DNA from: Octopus bimaculoides | Lineage: Eukaryota | Length of the DNA stretch: 64,000 nt | Assembly (NCBI RefSeq): GCF_001194135.2 | Contig: NC_068997.1 | Span: 42,230,775-42,294,774, forward strand | Reading direction: 5' to 3' | Shown: one piece after another, positions 12,263-25,335 of the stretch | How the letters are laid out: each line of letters begins with the position of its first letter | Numbering within the stretch: the first letter of the stretch is position 1 | The notes under the pieces: generated by a model | What the model was told of the DNA's origin: nothing | Databases searched by the model: none | What the model saw: the letters and a program-made list of their open reading frames with translations, nothing else | Made by a program: the position numbers and the translations under genes

Positions 12263-12678
12263 AACAACAAACAAGATGAGGACAAATATCCATCAAATGT
12301 AAATAATGTAAATAATGTCAGCTAACATTGTTTGGATTTATTCACCACATGACATTCAAATGTAAGGTATGAGGGCCAAAAGTGGACAGTTATGGCGAGC
12401 CCACATTACTTCATAAGGAGCATAAGGTTGGTTTCCTGGTTTCTCTGATGTAGACTGTGGGTGGGATGCTGGCCTGTCACAGGATCACTCATTTACCAGC
12501 TGAGTGGAGCACCATGAAATTAAGTGTTTCAGTCAAGAACACAATGCATAGCCTGATCCAAGAACCAAAACCACTATCTCACAATCATAAACCCAACATC
12601 CGAATCACTATGCCATGCATTTTCACCAAAGTATACAGTAAAAGCTAAAAATGTTTGTGGGTTTATTTTTTTCATTAA

Positions 12679-12899
12679 CCCTTTCGTTACTCTATTTATT
12701 TTGAGATGCTCTGTGTTTCTTTCAATTATTTTAAATATAACAAAGAATTTAGTAAAATAACTTAGTTATCATTAATCTAGTGTTAGGAACATAAATTATG
12801 ACTAAGGTTTGGTGGAAGATTTTAATTCAAAACTTATGAAAACAAGACATTTGTACTACAGAGCCAGAAGCAGTTTCAGTCAGGTTGGTAATGAAAGGG
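12679..12899. mobile_element. piggyBac-type MITE
   Basis: TTAA|ccctttcgttac ... gtaatgaaaggg|TTAA. A second copy lies at 58041. Confidence 0.92.
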
Positions 12900-13481
12900 T
12901 TAAATTCTGAAAACTAGGGAAAGATAGGGATTTGTAACTTAAGTTCAGCTTTGATGAATATGTAAACAATTTGTATTTGAGTTTGTTTTGTTTTTCACCA
13001 AAACAAATCTGCCCATTACACTTTCAGCTCATCAGCCACATAAAACAGTTTCGGATCACTTCTGCTTTTTACAATTTTATTTTATGTTCACTTGCAATAT
13101 CACCCCTATTTTTTTTCTTTTTAACATTCCGATCATATATATACCTTTCTTTATAACTTTCAGGAAATAGGTTAGTTTCAAAACATTGATGTCCAAGTCA
13201 CAAAAGCAAAGTTTGAAGGGAATAGTGGTCATTTCCTTTCATTTCTAGATAGAAACAAATAGGAAATAACACTTATTGACCAAAGTGAAAACAAATGAAT
13301 TAAAATTTTGTTACACAATGTTATTAACTCTAGCAAGATATATATCCAATAGTAAAAAAAAATTAATAAAAATAAATTAAAAAGAAAAGAAACAGTGAAG
13401 TTGTAAAAGTTCTGCAATGGTGATAAATATTGTTTTATTATGAAGGAAATGGCAAAATAAAATGGGAAGTGAAACACATAC

Positions 13482-13588
13482 CAATATATAGGAATATATA
13501 ACACATCACCAGGATGTAGTGTAGCTTCAAATCCTTTTAATTCTAGAACTTTGGGAAATTTTTCTAAATTTGGATTCTCCAAGTTCAC
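13482..13588 (-). CDS. HIF1AN: HIF1AN coding exon 5 (VNLENPNLEKFPKVLELKGFEATLHPGDVLYIPIY)
   Basis: Acceptor catag|GTG; donor TG|GTATGT; 107 nt, phase 0 to 2. Contains the PGDVLYIP JmjC motif. Confidence 0.97.
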
Positions 13589-13672
13589 CTATGTACAAAT
13601 AAATAAATAATCACATTAGAATTATCTTCAAATTTAAAGATGAAATAAATTAACAAGGACTGAAAACTCAAT

Positions 13673-13843
13673 TCATCATCATCATCATCATCATCGTTTA
13701 ACGTCCGCTTTCCATGCTAGCATGGGTTGGACGATTTGACTGAGGACTGGTGAACCAGATGGCTACACCAGGCTCCAATCTGATTTGGCAGAGTTTCTAC
13801 AGCTGGATGCCCTTCCTAACGCCAACCACTCTGAGAGTGTAGA
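13673..13843 (-). mobile_element. 3' part of SINE family C with (GAT)n tail
   Basis: catcatc...gtttaacgtccgctttccatgctagcatggg...gcccttcctaacgccaaccactc. Related copies near 5590, 7720, 25520, 26110 and 34620. Confidence 0.85.
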
Positions 13844-14124
13844 TTATTTCATAAAATATTTTCCCATCACCACCATTACTATTATCTAGCTTGTATATGA
13901 CATATCAAAACTAAGAACGTTAAGGTTTCAATTTTTGTAGAAATGGCATATTGTGTGAAGAATATGGAAGAAGTAGGATATTAGTTGGTAGAGAGATATT
14001 GGTGTTTAATGTAAAATATCTACAGAAGCTGAAGAGAAATGGGTTTTGTAGATCCTCTGTATTTAATGCAGATCTATAAAAGCTGAAAAGAAAGGGGTTG
14101 TGAGATATATAACATTTAGCAAGA

Positions 14125-14415
14125 TCGTTGCCAGTGCTCCTGGACTGGCTCTTGTGTGGGTGGCACGTAAAATACACCATTTTGAGTGTGGCTGTTGCCA
14201 GTACCGCCTGACTGGCCTTCGTGCTGGTGGCACGTAAAAGCACCCACTACACTCTCGGGGTGGTTGGCGTTAGGAAGGGCATCCAGCTGTAGAAACTCTG
14301 CCAAATCAGATTGGAGCCTGGTGTAGCCATCGGGTTTCACCAGTCCTCAGTCAAATCGCCCAACCCATGCTAGCATGGAAAGCGGACGTTAAACGATGAT
14401 GATGATGATGATGAT
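14125..14415 (+). mobile_element. SINE family C copy with (GAT)n tail, inverted relative to 13673
   Basis: gagtgtag..ggttggcgttaggaagggcatccagctgtagaaac...gacgttaaacgatgatgat. Confidence 0.85.
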
Positions 14416-14558
14416 GGTGCAATTTTCCAGCTTACCAACCCCTGTCAAGATGTCTTACCCATATGAGCATGGAAACTGGATGCTACATGATAATGGTGAT
14501 AATGAAAGACAGAAAACAGATGAAGTGAAGAAGTGTGTAGCAGATTTAAGGACATCAG

Positions 14559-14634
14559 CTAATGTATGCAAGAGATACTAATGTATGCAAGAGATACGAA
14601 TGTATGCAAGAGATACTAATGTATGCAAGAGATA
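14559..14634. repeat. Tandem repeat, 19-bp unit x4
   Basis: Unit ctaatgtatgcaagagata. Confidence 0.95.
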
Positions 14635-14639
14635 TGGCT

Positions 14640-15120
14640 ATACTGGATAACAAAATGGATAACTTTCACTGGATGGAACATACTGAATGCAGACAGTGGA
14701 AGTACATATGTATTTACCAACTTTGAAGAACGACTGAAGAAGATTGTATCTCAGGAGGTTTAGCCTCAGAGACAAGATGACATTGGATTGAGAGGAGTGG
14801 TGGTAGTACAGGGTTGTCTTATCTATGGCAACATAAGAAAACGGATGTCAGAAATATGATAGTGATGCAAACCTGGCAAGAAAAAAAGAATATAAATTGT
14901 TGCCAGTCAGTAGCTGGAGGGAACACACAAACTCTTGGCATTCTCAAGGTCTGTGTCTGAAGAACAAAGATATGGAGATACAACAGTGGGGAGTGAGGTA
15001 AAGGGAGTGGTCTAAAACTGATTTATTGCAGAAGTGGTAGAATATAATGAGTGAAGACATAGCACAAATAGAGGGCCAATGGGCAGAACTTTAGTCAAAC
15101 ATGTAGGTGGACGTGGTTAG
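14640..15120 (+). mobile_element. Degenerate RTE-like APE endonuclease remnant
   Basis: Weak WN-like and ETR-like motifs interrupted by stops. Confidence 0.35.
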
Positions 15121-15656
15121 TAAACCAGCCTAGATGTTTCAGCTGTACAACATACTGTGTGCTTGTGCCTTGTGAAAGGTTATCATTTGGAGCTGGTTTG
15201 AAAAGATCTTAGTATTCATTTATTATGTCTTCAAAAATGCCTGAAGATGTCGAGTGAAAGCAGATGTACAGGTAATTTTTCTTAGTTAAAATAATTTCCA
15301 CACCTAACTTGAAATTGTGCTTTTCTCAAAAGTGACACTTTGAAGTTACACCATTCAATTCACATCAGCAATATGATATTAAATGTGTAAGATTGGTTTC
15401 AAATTTTGGCACAAGCCAGCAATTCTGAAGGAGGGGAGAAGTCAATTACATTGACCCCAGAGTCTAACTGGTACTTATGTTATTGACTTCAAAAGGATGA
15501 AAGCAAAGTTGACCTCAGCAGAATTTGAACTTAACACATGAAGACGAACAAAATGCCACTAAGCATTTTGTTAACAATTCTGCCAGCTCACTGCCCTAAG
15601 TTTATGAGTAAGATTAACTAATATTACACAAATCAAACATATTTCATTCATTTCTA

Positions 15657-15974
<318 letters not shown>

Positions 15975-16666
15975 CTACATAAATTTGATGATTTGCAGAT
16001 TCTTTTAGGAGACATTTTACAGATTGGATATCCTTCCTGGTCATGATTTCAGTTGATAAGAACAATTTAACATAATCATCATTTTACGTCTATTTTTCCA
16101 TGCTTGCATGGATTAGAATGGATTTCTCCAACACAGCATGTTGCCCCTTGTTGTGGTTCCGTCTCATTTCCTTTGTAACGTTCAGAATCTTAAGGTCAGT
16201 CATCACTATTTCTTCCTTTGTCTTCCTTGGTATCATTCTCCTTCAGCAAACTCCTTCCAACTGGATTCCTTGGTACTTCTTCATCAGTCATCCTCCATAT
16301 GCATCACATGTCCATACCCTTGCCAATACAGTTTTCTCTCTTTTGTACATAGCAGCTGACCCAGTTTTCAGTCAGTTCATTTGTGCTCTATGATTCATGC
16401 ACACTAACACTACAGAGCAGAATTCTGCTTTAAGCACCTCATATAATCCCCTCTTCTTTTCATATTTTTGGAATTTTCAGAAAATATTTGCAAATTTGTG
16501 TTTTACACACACATGATTATGAAAAAAAAATTTTTTAATTTTTAGAATTTTTTAAATCACAGTTTAAAAATATGGACAGTCCAAATTTTGGCTCAAATCC
16601 CAGTAATAGACCATTAAATGTGTTTATGGGGAGAAAGATATTGTAAAACTTCAATATAGGCATAGG

Positions 16667-16829
16667 AGTGGCTGTGTGGTAAGTAGCTTGCTTACCAACC
16701 ACATGGTTCCGAGTTCAGTCCCACTGCGTGGCACCTTGGGCAAGTGTCCTCTACTATAGTCTCGGGCCAACCAAAGCCTTGTGAGTGGATTTGGTAGATG
16801 GAAACTGAAAGAAGCCCGTCGTATATATG

Positions 16830-16862
<33 letters not shown>

Positions 16863-17090
16863 GTGTGTATATGTTTGCGTGTCTGTGTTTGTCCCTCCCA
16901 ACATCGCTTGACAACCGATGCCGGTGTTTACGTCCCCGTAACTTAGCGGTTTGGCAAAAGAGGCCGATAGAATAAGTACTAGGCTTACAAAGTATAAGTC
17001 CTGGGGTTGATTTGCTCGACTAAAGGCGGTGCTCCAGCATGGCTACAGTCAAATGACTGAAACAAGTAAAAGAGTAAAAGAGTATGTCAG
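16667..17090 (+). mobile_element. Full-length tRNA-derived CORE-type SINE (family A)
   Basis: Head tggctgtgtggtaag...gagttcagtccc, CORE-like ggcaccttgggcaagtg, internal microsatellite, tail gtaaaagagtaaaagagta. Other copies near 5920, 9930, 19900, 27270, 28820, 36965, 38205 and 56390. Confidence 0.9.
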
Positions 17091-17796
17091 ACTGACAAAC
17101 AAATGAGGAAGGTATGAGGTGGTCATGAGATGTGCTAAAAATAACAGCTAAATATCCCTTAAATCATACATCAAAAATTTTAATTTGGTTTTTGCATAAT
17201 TGTATGAATTCTCATGTTTAGAACACAAATTCGAAAAAAAATTTTGAAAATTCCAAAAAATAAAAAAGTTATGAGAGGTTTGCTTAAAACAGAATTCCAC
17301 CCATTACACATCCATAAATAAGTCAAATCTCATTATTTTCCTGCCAGCACTCAGTCACACATTCTTCACATTCAGGGCTTATGTTTTGCGATCAAACACC
17401 ACCACACTTTATCTACAAACATCATGCAATCTGCTCTTCATTGAGACAGAATTCTTGTGTGTCAGCCAAGGTAATAGTAGTTCCTTGAAGTTTTTACATC
17501 TTGTCTTTGCACTTGCTACTATGCTTTTAGGACAATCAACTCCACTGATTATTATGTCACCAACGTAACAGAAACTACAGAACTACTAGGAGCCTTCTAA
17601 GCAGCCGAAAGAATTTACTAAATTGATTCCAGTATTTTACTGCTACTTATTTATTTTATGGACTTTGAAGAGACGAAATGCAAAGATGGTAATATTAGAA
17701 ATGGAACTCAGAAAATAAAAGGATGAAACTAAACAATATAAAGATTTGATGCTCTACGGATTCTTATCCTTAATACCGATTTCAAATTTTGGTACA

Positions 17797-18531
17797 NNNN
17801 NNNNNNNNNNNNNNNNNNNNNNNNNNNNNNNNNNNNNNNNNNNNNNNNNNNNNNNNNNNNNNNNNNNNNNNNNNNNNNNNNNNNNNNNNNNNNNNNNNNN
17901 NNNNNNNNNNNNNNNNNNNNNNNNNNNNNNNNNNNNNNNNNNNNNNNNNNNNNNNNNNNNNNNNNNNNNNNNNNNNNNNNNNNNNNNNNNNNNNNNNNNN
18001 NNNNNNNNNNNNNNNNNNNNNNNNNNNNNNNNNNNNNNNNNNNNNNNNNNNNNNNNNNNNNNNNNNNNNNNNNNNNNNNNNNNNNNNNNNNNNNNNNNNN
18101 NNNNNNNNNNNNNNNNNNNNNNNNNNNNNNNNNNNNNNNNNNNNNNNNNNNNNNNNNNNNNNNNNNNNNNNNNNNNNNNNNNNNNNNNNNNNNNNNNNNN
18201 NNNNNNNNNNNNNNNNNNNNNNNNNNNNNNNNNNNNNNNNNNNNNNNNNNNNNNNNNNNNNNNNNNNNNNNNNNNNNNNNNNNNNNNNNNNNNNNNNNNN
18301 NNNNNNNNNNNNNNNNNNNNNNNNNNNNNNNNNNNNNNNNNNNNNNNNNNNNNNNNNNNNNNNNNNNNNNNNNNNNNNNNNNNNNNNNNNNNNNNNNNNN
18401 NNNNNNNNNNNNNNNNNNNNNNNNNNNNNNNNNNNNNNNNNNNNNNNNNNNNNNNNNNNNNNNNNNNNNNNNNNNNNNNNNNNNNNNNNNNNNNNNNNNN
18501 NNNNNNNNNNNNNNNNNNNNNNNNNNNNNNN
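17797..18531. other. Assembly gap
   Basis: N characters. Confidence 1.
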
Positions 18532-19473
18532 GTGTGTGTGTGTGTGTGTGAATAAAAATAAAAAAATATAAAAAAAGGGTTCTGTATGATCGTGTATAGA
18601 GGAATATATTATTTAAAAGAGTTCCAACTTTGTCTGTTTTTTATGTTTTATTTATATTCTTATAAAATTAATGTGGGATATAGAATATGGAATATATAAT
18701 ATAGATAGTAAAATGAAATGAAGTATTGAATGTCCTATTGAATATATGAAATATAGAGTATTAAATATATAAGGACTAGTATACTTTCCTGCCTCATGGC
18801 ATTCATCAAGGTCCCGTCTGATATATATATATATGTATATATAACTGCATGTGTGTTGCTATTTCAGGTGTTGGTTTGTTTACATCTCTGTAACTTGGCA
18901 GTATGGCCAAGTACAGATAGGACAAGTACCAGGTTTTAAAAAATAAGTACTGGTGTCAATTTGTTTGACTGAACACTTCTAGGTGTTGCCCCAGCATGGC
19001 CACATTCCAATGATGCAAGCAAACGAAAGATAAAGATACTGACACAATGCTTCAGAGTTAGAGGGGAAGAGAAATGTGATTTTGTGTCTTTCATCCATTA
19101 CCTAACATGTAAATGAAATAGCTGCAACCAAAAACTGAAACTAGATTGCAGTCTGTGATTATGAAGTGTTCAATTCTACTGTAAAAATAGTTTTCTTAAT
19201 AAACTAACTTTCTTATTATTGTAATTAAATAAATGACAAGGGAACAAGAATTATGAATGAACTTTATTGCTTACAGCTATTTCTGCTATTGGACACAGTG
19301 CAGTCAGAACAGAGTGCTTGCACATCACCTTATTGCTTTCCTGAAGCTTCTAAAATGAAGTACGTTTATTTGCGAAAGCATTTAGATACCTGCCCTGTTA
19401 ATATTGATATATTTCCACAGTAAATTCTCAAGTACAAGCTACTTAAAGGCTCAACCTCTCAACATCAACTTAC

Positions 19474-19625
19474 CTGCCATTCCAACCAAAAGCAAATTTG
19501 AAGATAATGGGCCCCAGTTATTTTCTTTCTGTTGCATAGAAATCCACCGCCAGTTGAAAGAGACAAAGTCTTGAACAATTTTATCTCCAACCCCTTCTGT
19601 TAGAGGTTGCTGCAGATATAACCAG
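19474..19625 (-). CDS. HIF1AN: HIF1AN coding exon 3 ((H)WLYLQQPLTEGVGDKIVQDFVSFNWRWISMQQKENNWGPLSSNLLLVGMA)
   Basis: Acceptor ttccag|C; donor G|GTAAGT; 152 nt, phase 2 to 1. Contains the LYLQQ and WG.LxSNLLL.GM FIH motifs. Confidence 0.96.
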
Positions 19626-20531
19626 CTGGAATAATTCAATAAACAGACACAACAATCTTCTATTAATAACCACACAATTACATTAACAAAAATATAATAT
19701 TAATAAAATAGAAATTATATTTTGAAAGCTGGCATGCTTCTCTTGGATTATTTCTTTGGTAAACAAACTATTTAACACCATTTTTTTTCTCGTTTCTCTT
19801 TCTCTTTCTTCTCTGGCAGCAACCTCTAAAATATCTCAGCTTATATCCAGTTTTCCTAATCCATTCTTTCAACATATAGTGCAAGTATGGTTGCATGGTG
19901 TCTACTTCTCAGCTACATGGTTTGGGGTCCAACCCTGCTGCAAGTGTCTTCTACTATAGCTCTGGTTCATCCAAAGCCTTGTGGGTGAATTTCGTAGATT
20001 GAAATTGAAAGACATTTAGTGTGTGTGTGTGTGTGTGTGTCTCCTTTTTTGACATCACATGATAATTATGAATGTGTGTCATTGCCGTACAACCAGTGTC
20101 ATTCATTTCCAATATTTTGCATAAACATGTAATGGTCATGGGGAAAATATTATCTGGTTCAGAAACAGGTGAGGGCTGGCAATGGAAAGAGTAAATGGCT
20201 ATAGAAAATCTGTCTCAATAAACTGTCTGATTCGCGCAAGCATGGAAAAGTGGACATTAAAATGATGATGGTGATGATGATTCTATCAGCATATCTTCTA
20301 TTCTTGGTTGTGAGTTGCAGAGCAAAGATACATTGAACTCACACCATACTTCAGAATTCCATTATACATTACACATCAAATAAAGAATTACAACAGATTG
20401 AATTACAAGGATGCCATGTAACCAATGTGTGCTTGTATAAAGTGTGTCACTGCCAAAAAGCTGTATCTCAGGCCAAATCAATGCTGAAAACAGTTTGTAA
20501 GCAGGTTGCCACTCAGCAAAAGTGTCTAAAT

Positions 20532-20790
20532 CAGGGGCTCTCAACTAGGGTCCACATGGCCCTTTGGGGTCCATATAAGATTTTGTTGTTAAAATTCATA
20601 TGCAATAAATCAATTATACTTCTACAATATACAAAATATTTTAATAATTTCTTTCATACAATTGCTAATAATATTTAATAATAAACATATAATGGGATCT
20701 TTTTAAACTTCAAATGTCTGTAGGAGTTCAGCATAGTAAAATAAGAATCAAACAGGTCCACAGGCAAAAAAAAACAGTTGAGAACCAGTG
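20532..20790. mobile_element. hAT-type MITE (family of 4652)
   Basis: TIRs caggggctctcaact / agttgagaaccagtg; flanks gtctaaat / gcctaaaa. Confidence 0.75.
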
Positions 20791-21022
20791 GCCTAAAATG
20801 TTATTTGGTTATTGTCCGTGATCTTTGGCCTTTTCTAAAAAATGTTTTAAATTTGAAACATTAGCAGGCCATTGAGAAATTGATGGTTTTTGCGATAGTC
20901 CATTATATCATGATGTAATTTTTGCTTACACAAACATTGCCAGTGATGGATATGTGGTAGGTGGTGATGGTGGTTATTTTTATATGTAAGATATAATATT
21001 CACATAGACCATGAATAGTATA

Positions 21023-22464
21023 TACTGAGCCACAAAAGAAACGCCGTACACATACTAGATAGAAACCAGTTTATTAACAGACAGTCATAGTATTGATTGA
21101 AGATTGCTAATTAAGAAACTGTTCTTTCCTAATGATAAAATGTCATTTCCTGAAACACGATTGACGTCACATGGTGTCACGCGATGATGGAGTGTCCTGG
21201 ATCCAAAGGGATGAACTCAATATCTTGTGTGACCACCATTAGCATTGATTACCACCAGGCACCTTCTGTACATTGAATGCACCAAATGATTGATGAAGGC
21301 CATGAGGACAGCAGCCCACACTCTGTTAAAACTTGCAATGAGTTGTGCCACAGTTGTCAGTCTTGTCTTGGACGGATGTCATTTAGCTGTCTTTGGATTT
21401 CGTTCCACAAGTGCCCTAAGGGGTTCAAGTCTGGACTTAGGGAAGGCTGTGACAGTGTCTGGATGTTGTGCCATTGGAGGAAGTCTGTTGTCAACCTGGC
21501 AGTATAGGCATGTGTGTTCTCATGTTGGAACATGTGATTCCAATGACGGACAAAGTATGGCACAATATGAGGTCTCAACACTTGGTCAATATAGCGAGCA
21601 GCAATTACTCCATTGCCCTAGCCTTGGCCAATGTTTTGGAAGACCACCCACCCAAGTTTCTGGTTGAGTGCAATTTTGCCCCATACCATGATGCTCTGTC
21701 CTCTCCATGAGTTTCTCTTCATCACACAGCCATCGGCATGACGTTCACCCCTTCTTCTCCAAGCCCTAGCTCTGCCACCTGCCATATAAATGCTATATCA
21801 ACTTTCGTCAGAGAAGACTACAGTCCTCCAAGGCTGATATTGCCAGTTCTGACGTTTCTGAGCCCACTGCAGATGTGCCTGTCAATGATGATCTGTGAGG
21901 ATGGGGCCCCTAGCCAGACGTCAACAAGACAGATTGAAAGGTCTCAGCCGGCGGCAAACTGTCTCTGCACAAATGGGTCTGTGGTGAGTCCCTATGATCT
22001 GCCTAGCTGATTCCATTGCCCTCCAGAATTTGTCCTATAAGTGCTGTCACTGCAGGTGGTGATCTTGAAGTGCTGTTGTAACCCTCAGTCAGCCACTGCA
22101 TGGACGATCATCCGAGCTGTTTGTGGCACTGTGTCATTTCCTCAGCCACTCAATTGTCCAAATACTGCAGTTTTTGGTCATTAGCAATGACCCATGGATG
22201 TTGACCAGCATGGAAACGTCCAATGGCTTGCTCCCTCTGATTTCGAGTCAGTCTTAGCATGCTTGCTGTGTTCAGGAAACGAATGACAGACAGGCTGGTA
22301 AATTTGGGTGCTTTTCATACCCAATGAGTCAACATTTTGCACATGTATCATGCTTTCCATAAAGATGTGTTTGCGAGCATTACCATGTTCATGGAAAGTG
22401 AGCGAGCTTGAACCCTATATGCAATCCTTGTGTTTTCAAAAGAGAGTGGTGTTGTGGATCAGTG
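21023..22464 (-). mobile_element. Decayed Tc1 (DD34E) transposon in HIF1AN intron 2
   Basis: FQH(E)NTHAYTARLTTDFL...SPDLNPL(G)HLW with 34-residue spacing; degenerate termini tactgagccaca / tgtggatcagtg. Confidence 0.85.
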
Positions 22465-23995
22465 ACATCTTCCTGATGTCAAATTACCTAGAAATGTGAT
22501 AAAATCCATATAATCTCAATATCGTGTGTGGAACAAATAATCTTTTACAGTGCAATGTTGCTGGAGAAGTTGCTGATCCTTGGCCCAAAGTTTGTAAAGA
22601 GGTTCTTGACTTGTGGAAATGTCTATAGCTTGTGTCACTGCTAAAGCATTATGTCCTTGATACTTAGGTTTGTTATTTGTGCTATTGTTGCTATTTAGCA
22701 CCAGGTCAGCCCCAACTGAGCAGATATATGATCAAGTGCAATTCAGCAATGACTACTTCATCTTAGTTTTAGTTATATAGTGTATCTAGAATCACAGTAT
22801 TTCCTTTTTAACATTACTTCTTTTTGTAAGAATGTCAGGGAGAGATGGCTGCTGTTTCTAATAGGTTCAAGGTCTCGTGTTTGATCCCACTATATATCAT
22901 GGACAAGTCTTGAGAGTGAAATTTTGGTAGATGCAAAACTTCTTGGAAGTAGATTGGCTGGTTTCTAGTTATAAATCAAAGGTCCATGTTAAGACTCCCT
23001 TGTACTATTTGATGGTACAGCACAATTTTGGAAGCAGCACAAAGATATTATCATTGACATATTTTACAGTATTGAGTTGAAATCCTACAAGACATATGTA
23101 CAGCGTGGAAAGAATGGACTCTACCATAATACACTGACATGGACTATACCATTTCAGGTTATGAAACTCATCAATCCTATCTAGATATGCATCATATAAA
23201 AGGAAACATTTCTTCAGTGCAATAGAGTTTTTCTAAATTCCATCACCCCATCCCAAGAGGAACAATTCTGTGAAGTTAATGTGCTCCACTCCTGACTATA
23301 TATGGTCACAGGTTCAGATCTTATATTCATCACATGGTAACCCCTGAACAAGGCACACAACTATGACTGCTCCAATTTACCTGACTAATACAAACAAAAA
23401 CAGATTTCAATCTTATTTTCTGGTTGAGTGGTTAGCAGGGGGGGGGGGCATGCAGTATGGCCAAAGGGTTAAGCAGTTTGTTTCGCAATCACAAGGTTGT
23501 GGTTTCAATCTCACTGTGTGGTATTCTTGGGTAAGCTTTGTGAGTGAATTCTCAGTCACTTACTAGCTAATTTAATGAACAGGTGGTTCAGTTGGTCTGA
23601 ATATTCATTGTAAAACCCAACAGAGATCCATTTATTTTTAATTAAGAAGGGCAGCAACTAGTAGAATCATTAGCATGCCAGACAAAATGCTTAGTGGCAT
23701 TTCTTCCAGCTCTTTACATCTTTAAGTTCAAATTCCACCATGGTTTTCTTTGCCTTTCATCTTTCCAGGGTCAAAAATAAGTACTAGTTCAGTACTGCAA
23801 TCTCCTCTCCTTTCAAAAGTGCTGACCTTGTACTTACATTAGAAAGAATTCAGGACATAAAGATATAAAAACAACAAACAAACCCACTGCATCAAGCATG
23901 GAAAACTGGAGTAAAACAGTGAAAAATGCTTTTTAAAGAAAATATAGAGCATTTACAAAATATTTTGAACGTCACCAATGAAGTCAAATACTTAC

Positions 23996-24240
23996 TGTTT
24001 TTTTGAACATTGTGCCTCTTTTAATTTCTCTACAAACTCTGAGAATGACATTTGCATCTGAATTGTAGGTGGGACAAAATCTTTCTGTTGTGGAATTTTT
24101 CTAGATTCATAATATTTGAAATAATTATTGTCTGATTGATAGACTGTGAATTGTGTATTAGCCATGTTGTCTGACAAATAGTCTAAGTTCCAATGAAGAG
24201 CAGAGTCTACAAGATCAGATCCTGTTAAGACAACTGGTTG
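23996..24240 (-). CDS. HIF1AN: HIF1AN coding exon 2 (QPVVLTGSDLVDSALHWNLDYL...FSEFVEKLKEAQCSKK)
   Basis: Acceptor ttttttattcag|CAA; donor CA|GTAAGT; 245 nt, phase 0 to 2. Matches FIH [35 protein letters not shown]. Confidence 0.95.
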
Positions 24241-24944
24241 CTGAATAAAAAAAAAGAAAAGACAAAAGTAGACATTAATTCAGTTGGTCTATCGCAGTTT
24301 TTTTTTAAATATTTAAAACAATTTTAATTTTTTTGTGACTGAGCACAACTTTAATTTTGTAGTAGACAAGAAATTTGAAATTGTGACATTTATGCCTTTC
24401 ACATGGATATCATAGGGTAAGTGAGACGAAATTGCTTTGACAAAGAATTGAACCTGCATTGTGGGTTTTACTTTCAAGAGACTGACTTCTTGGTTTGCAA
24501 CATTTGCCTCTAAAATAATCAGCTCATAAATATTGATGTGTGTGCTTCCAAAATTAGGACACACTGATTACCTGAAACATTTTCAAAAACATAATCTTGT
24601 ATTGGAAGTGTGTCAAGGGGAAGTTAGTCAATCTCGCTCTCTCTCTCTCTTCCCCTAACTCTTTCTCTTTCTCCAAGTACAACTTGCCTAAGGTCAAACA
24701 CACACATACAAAGTGCAATAAATATCTAACCAATTTAAGTTGCATTAGTCAGCTCACTAGAACCTACAACCAGTGTTCAGTACTGCACAGCTGAAGGAAT
24801 GCTTAAGAAATTCACTTGCCAATCACAACATAACTAGGTTCAATTCCAGTGTGTATTGCCTTGGCCCAAGTGTTATCTACCAGCAGCCTCAGATCAAACA
24901 AAGCCTTATGACTGAAATTAGATAGAAACTGTTCAGAAGTCAGT

Positions 24945-25335
24945 TGGATGGGTTGTGTGGTAAGAAGTTTGCTTCCCAACCACATGGTTCTGGGTTCAGT
25001 CCCACTGCATGGTACCTTGGGCAAGTGTCATCTACTACAGCTTTGGGCTGGTCAAAGCCTTGTGAGTGGATTTGGTAGACGAAAACTGAAAGAAAGCCAT
25101 TGTGTGTGTGTGTGTGTATCTTTGTGTATGCGTTTGTCCTCCCCACCACTACTTGACAACCAGTGTCGGTATGTTTATGTCCCTGTAACTTATTGGTTTG
25201 GCAAAAAGAGACTGATAGAATTAAGTACCAGGCTTTATGAAAAAATAGTCAGTACTAGAGTTGATTCATTCGACTAAAAGTTCTTCAAGGTAGTGCCCCA
25301 GCATGGCCACAGTCTAATGACTGAAACAAATAAAA
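24945..25335 (+). mobile_element. CORE-type SINE family A
   Basis: Full alignment with the 16667 copy. Confidence 0.88.

Larger units (their letters stand above)
11813..12317. mobile_element. Inverted-dimer retroelement: truncated tRNA-like head + (TAA/CAA)n + hammerhead-bearing Penelope-type tail
   Basis: Palindrome centred near 12065; 12-bp TSD tcagctaacatt at 11801-11812 and 12318-12329; box-B-like gagttcgattcc in both arms. Confidence 0.85.

Noticed and set aside
11925-12274. Mirror-image ORFs (poly-L, poly-N, poly-C)
   Set aside because: By-products of the palindromic element and its trinucleotide tracts.
24313-24564. ORF just upstream of exon 2 as HIF1AN exon 1
   Set aside because: No similarity to the FIH N-terminus in any frame; the homologous exon 1 is at 46440-46547.
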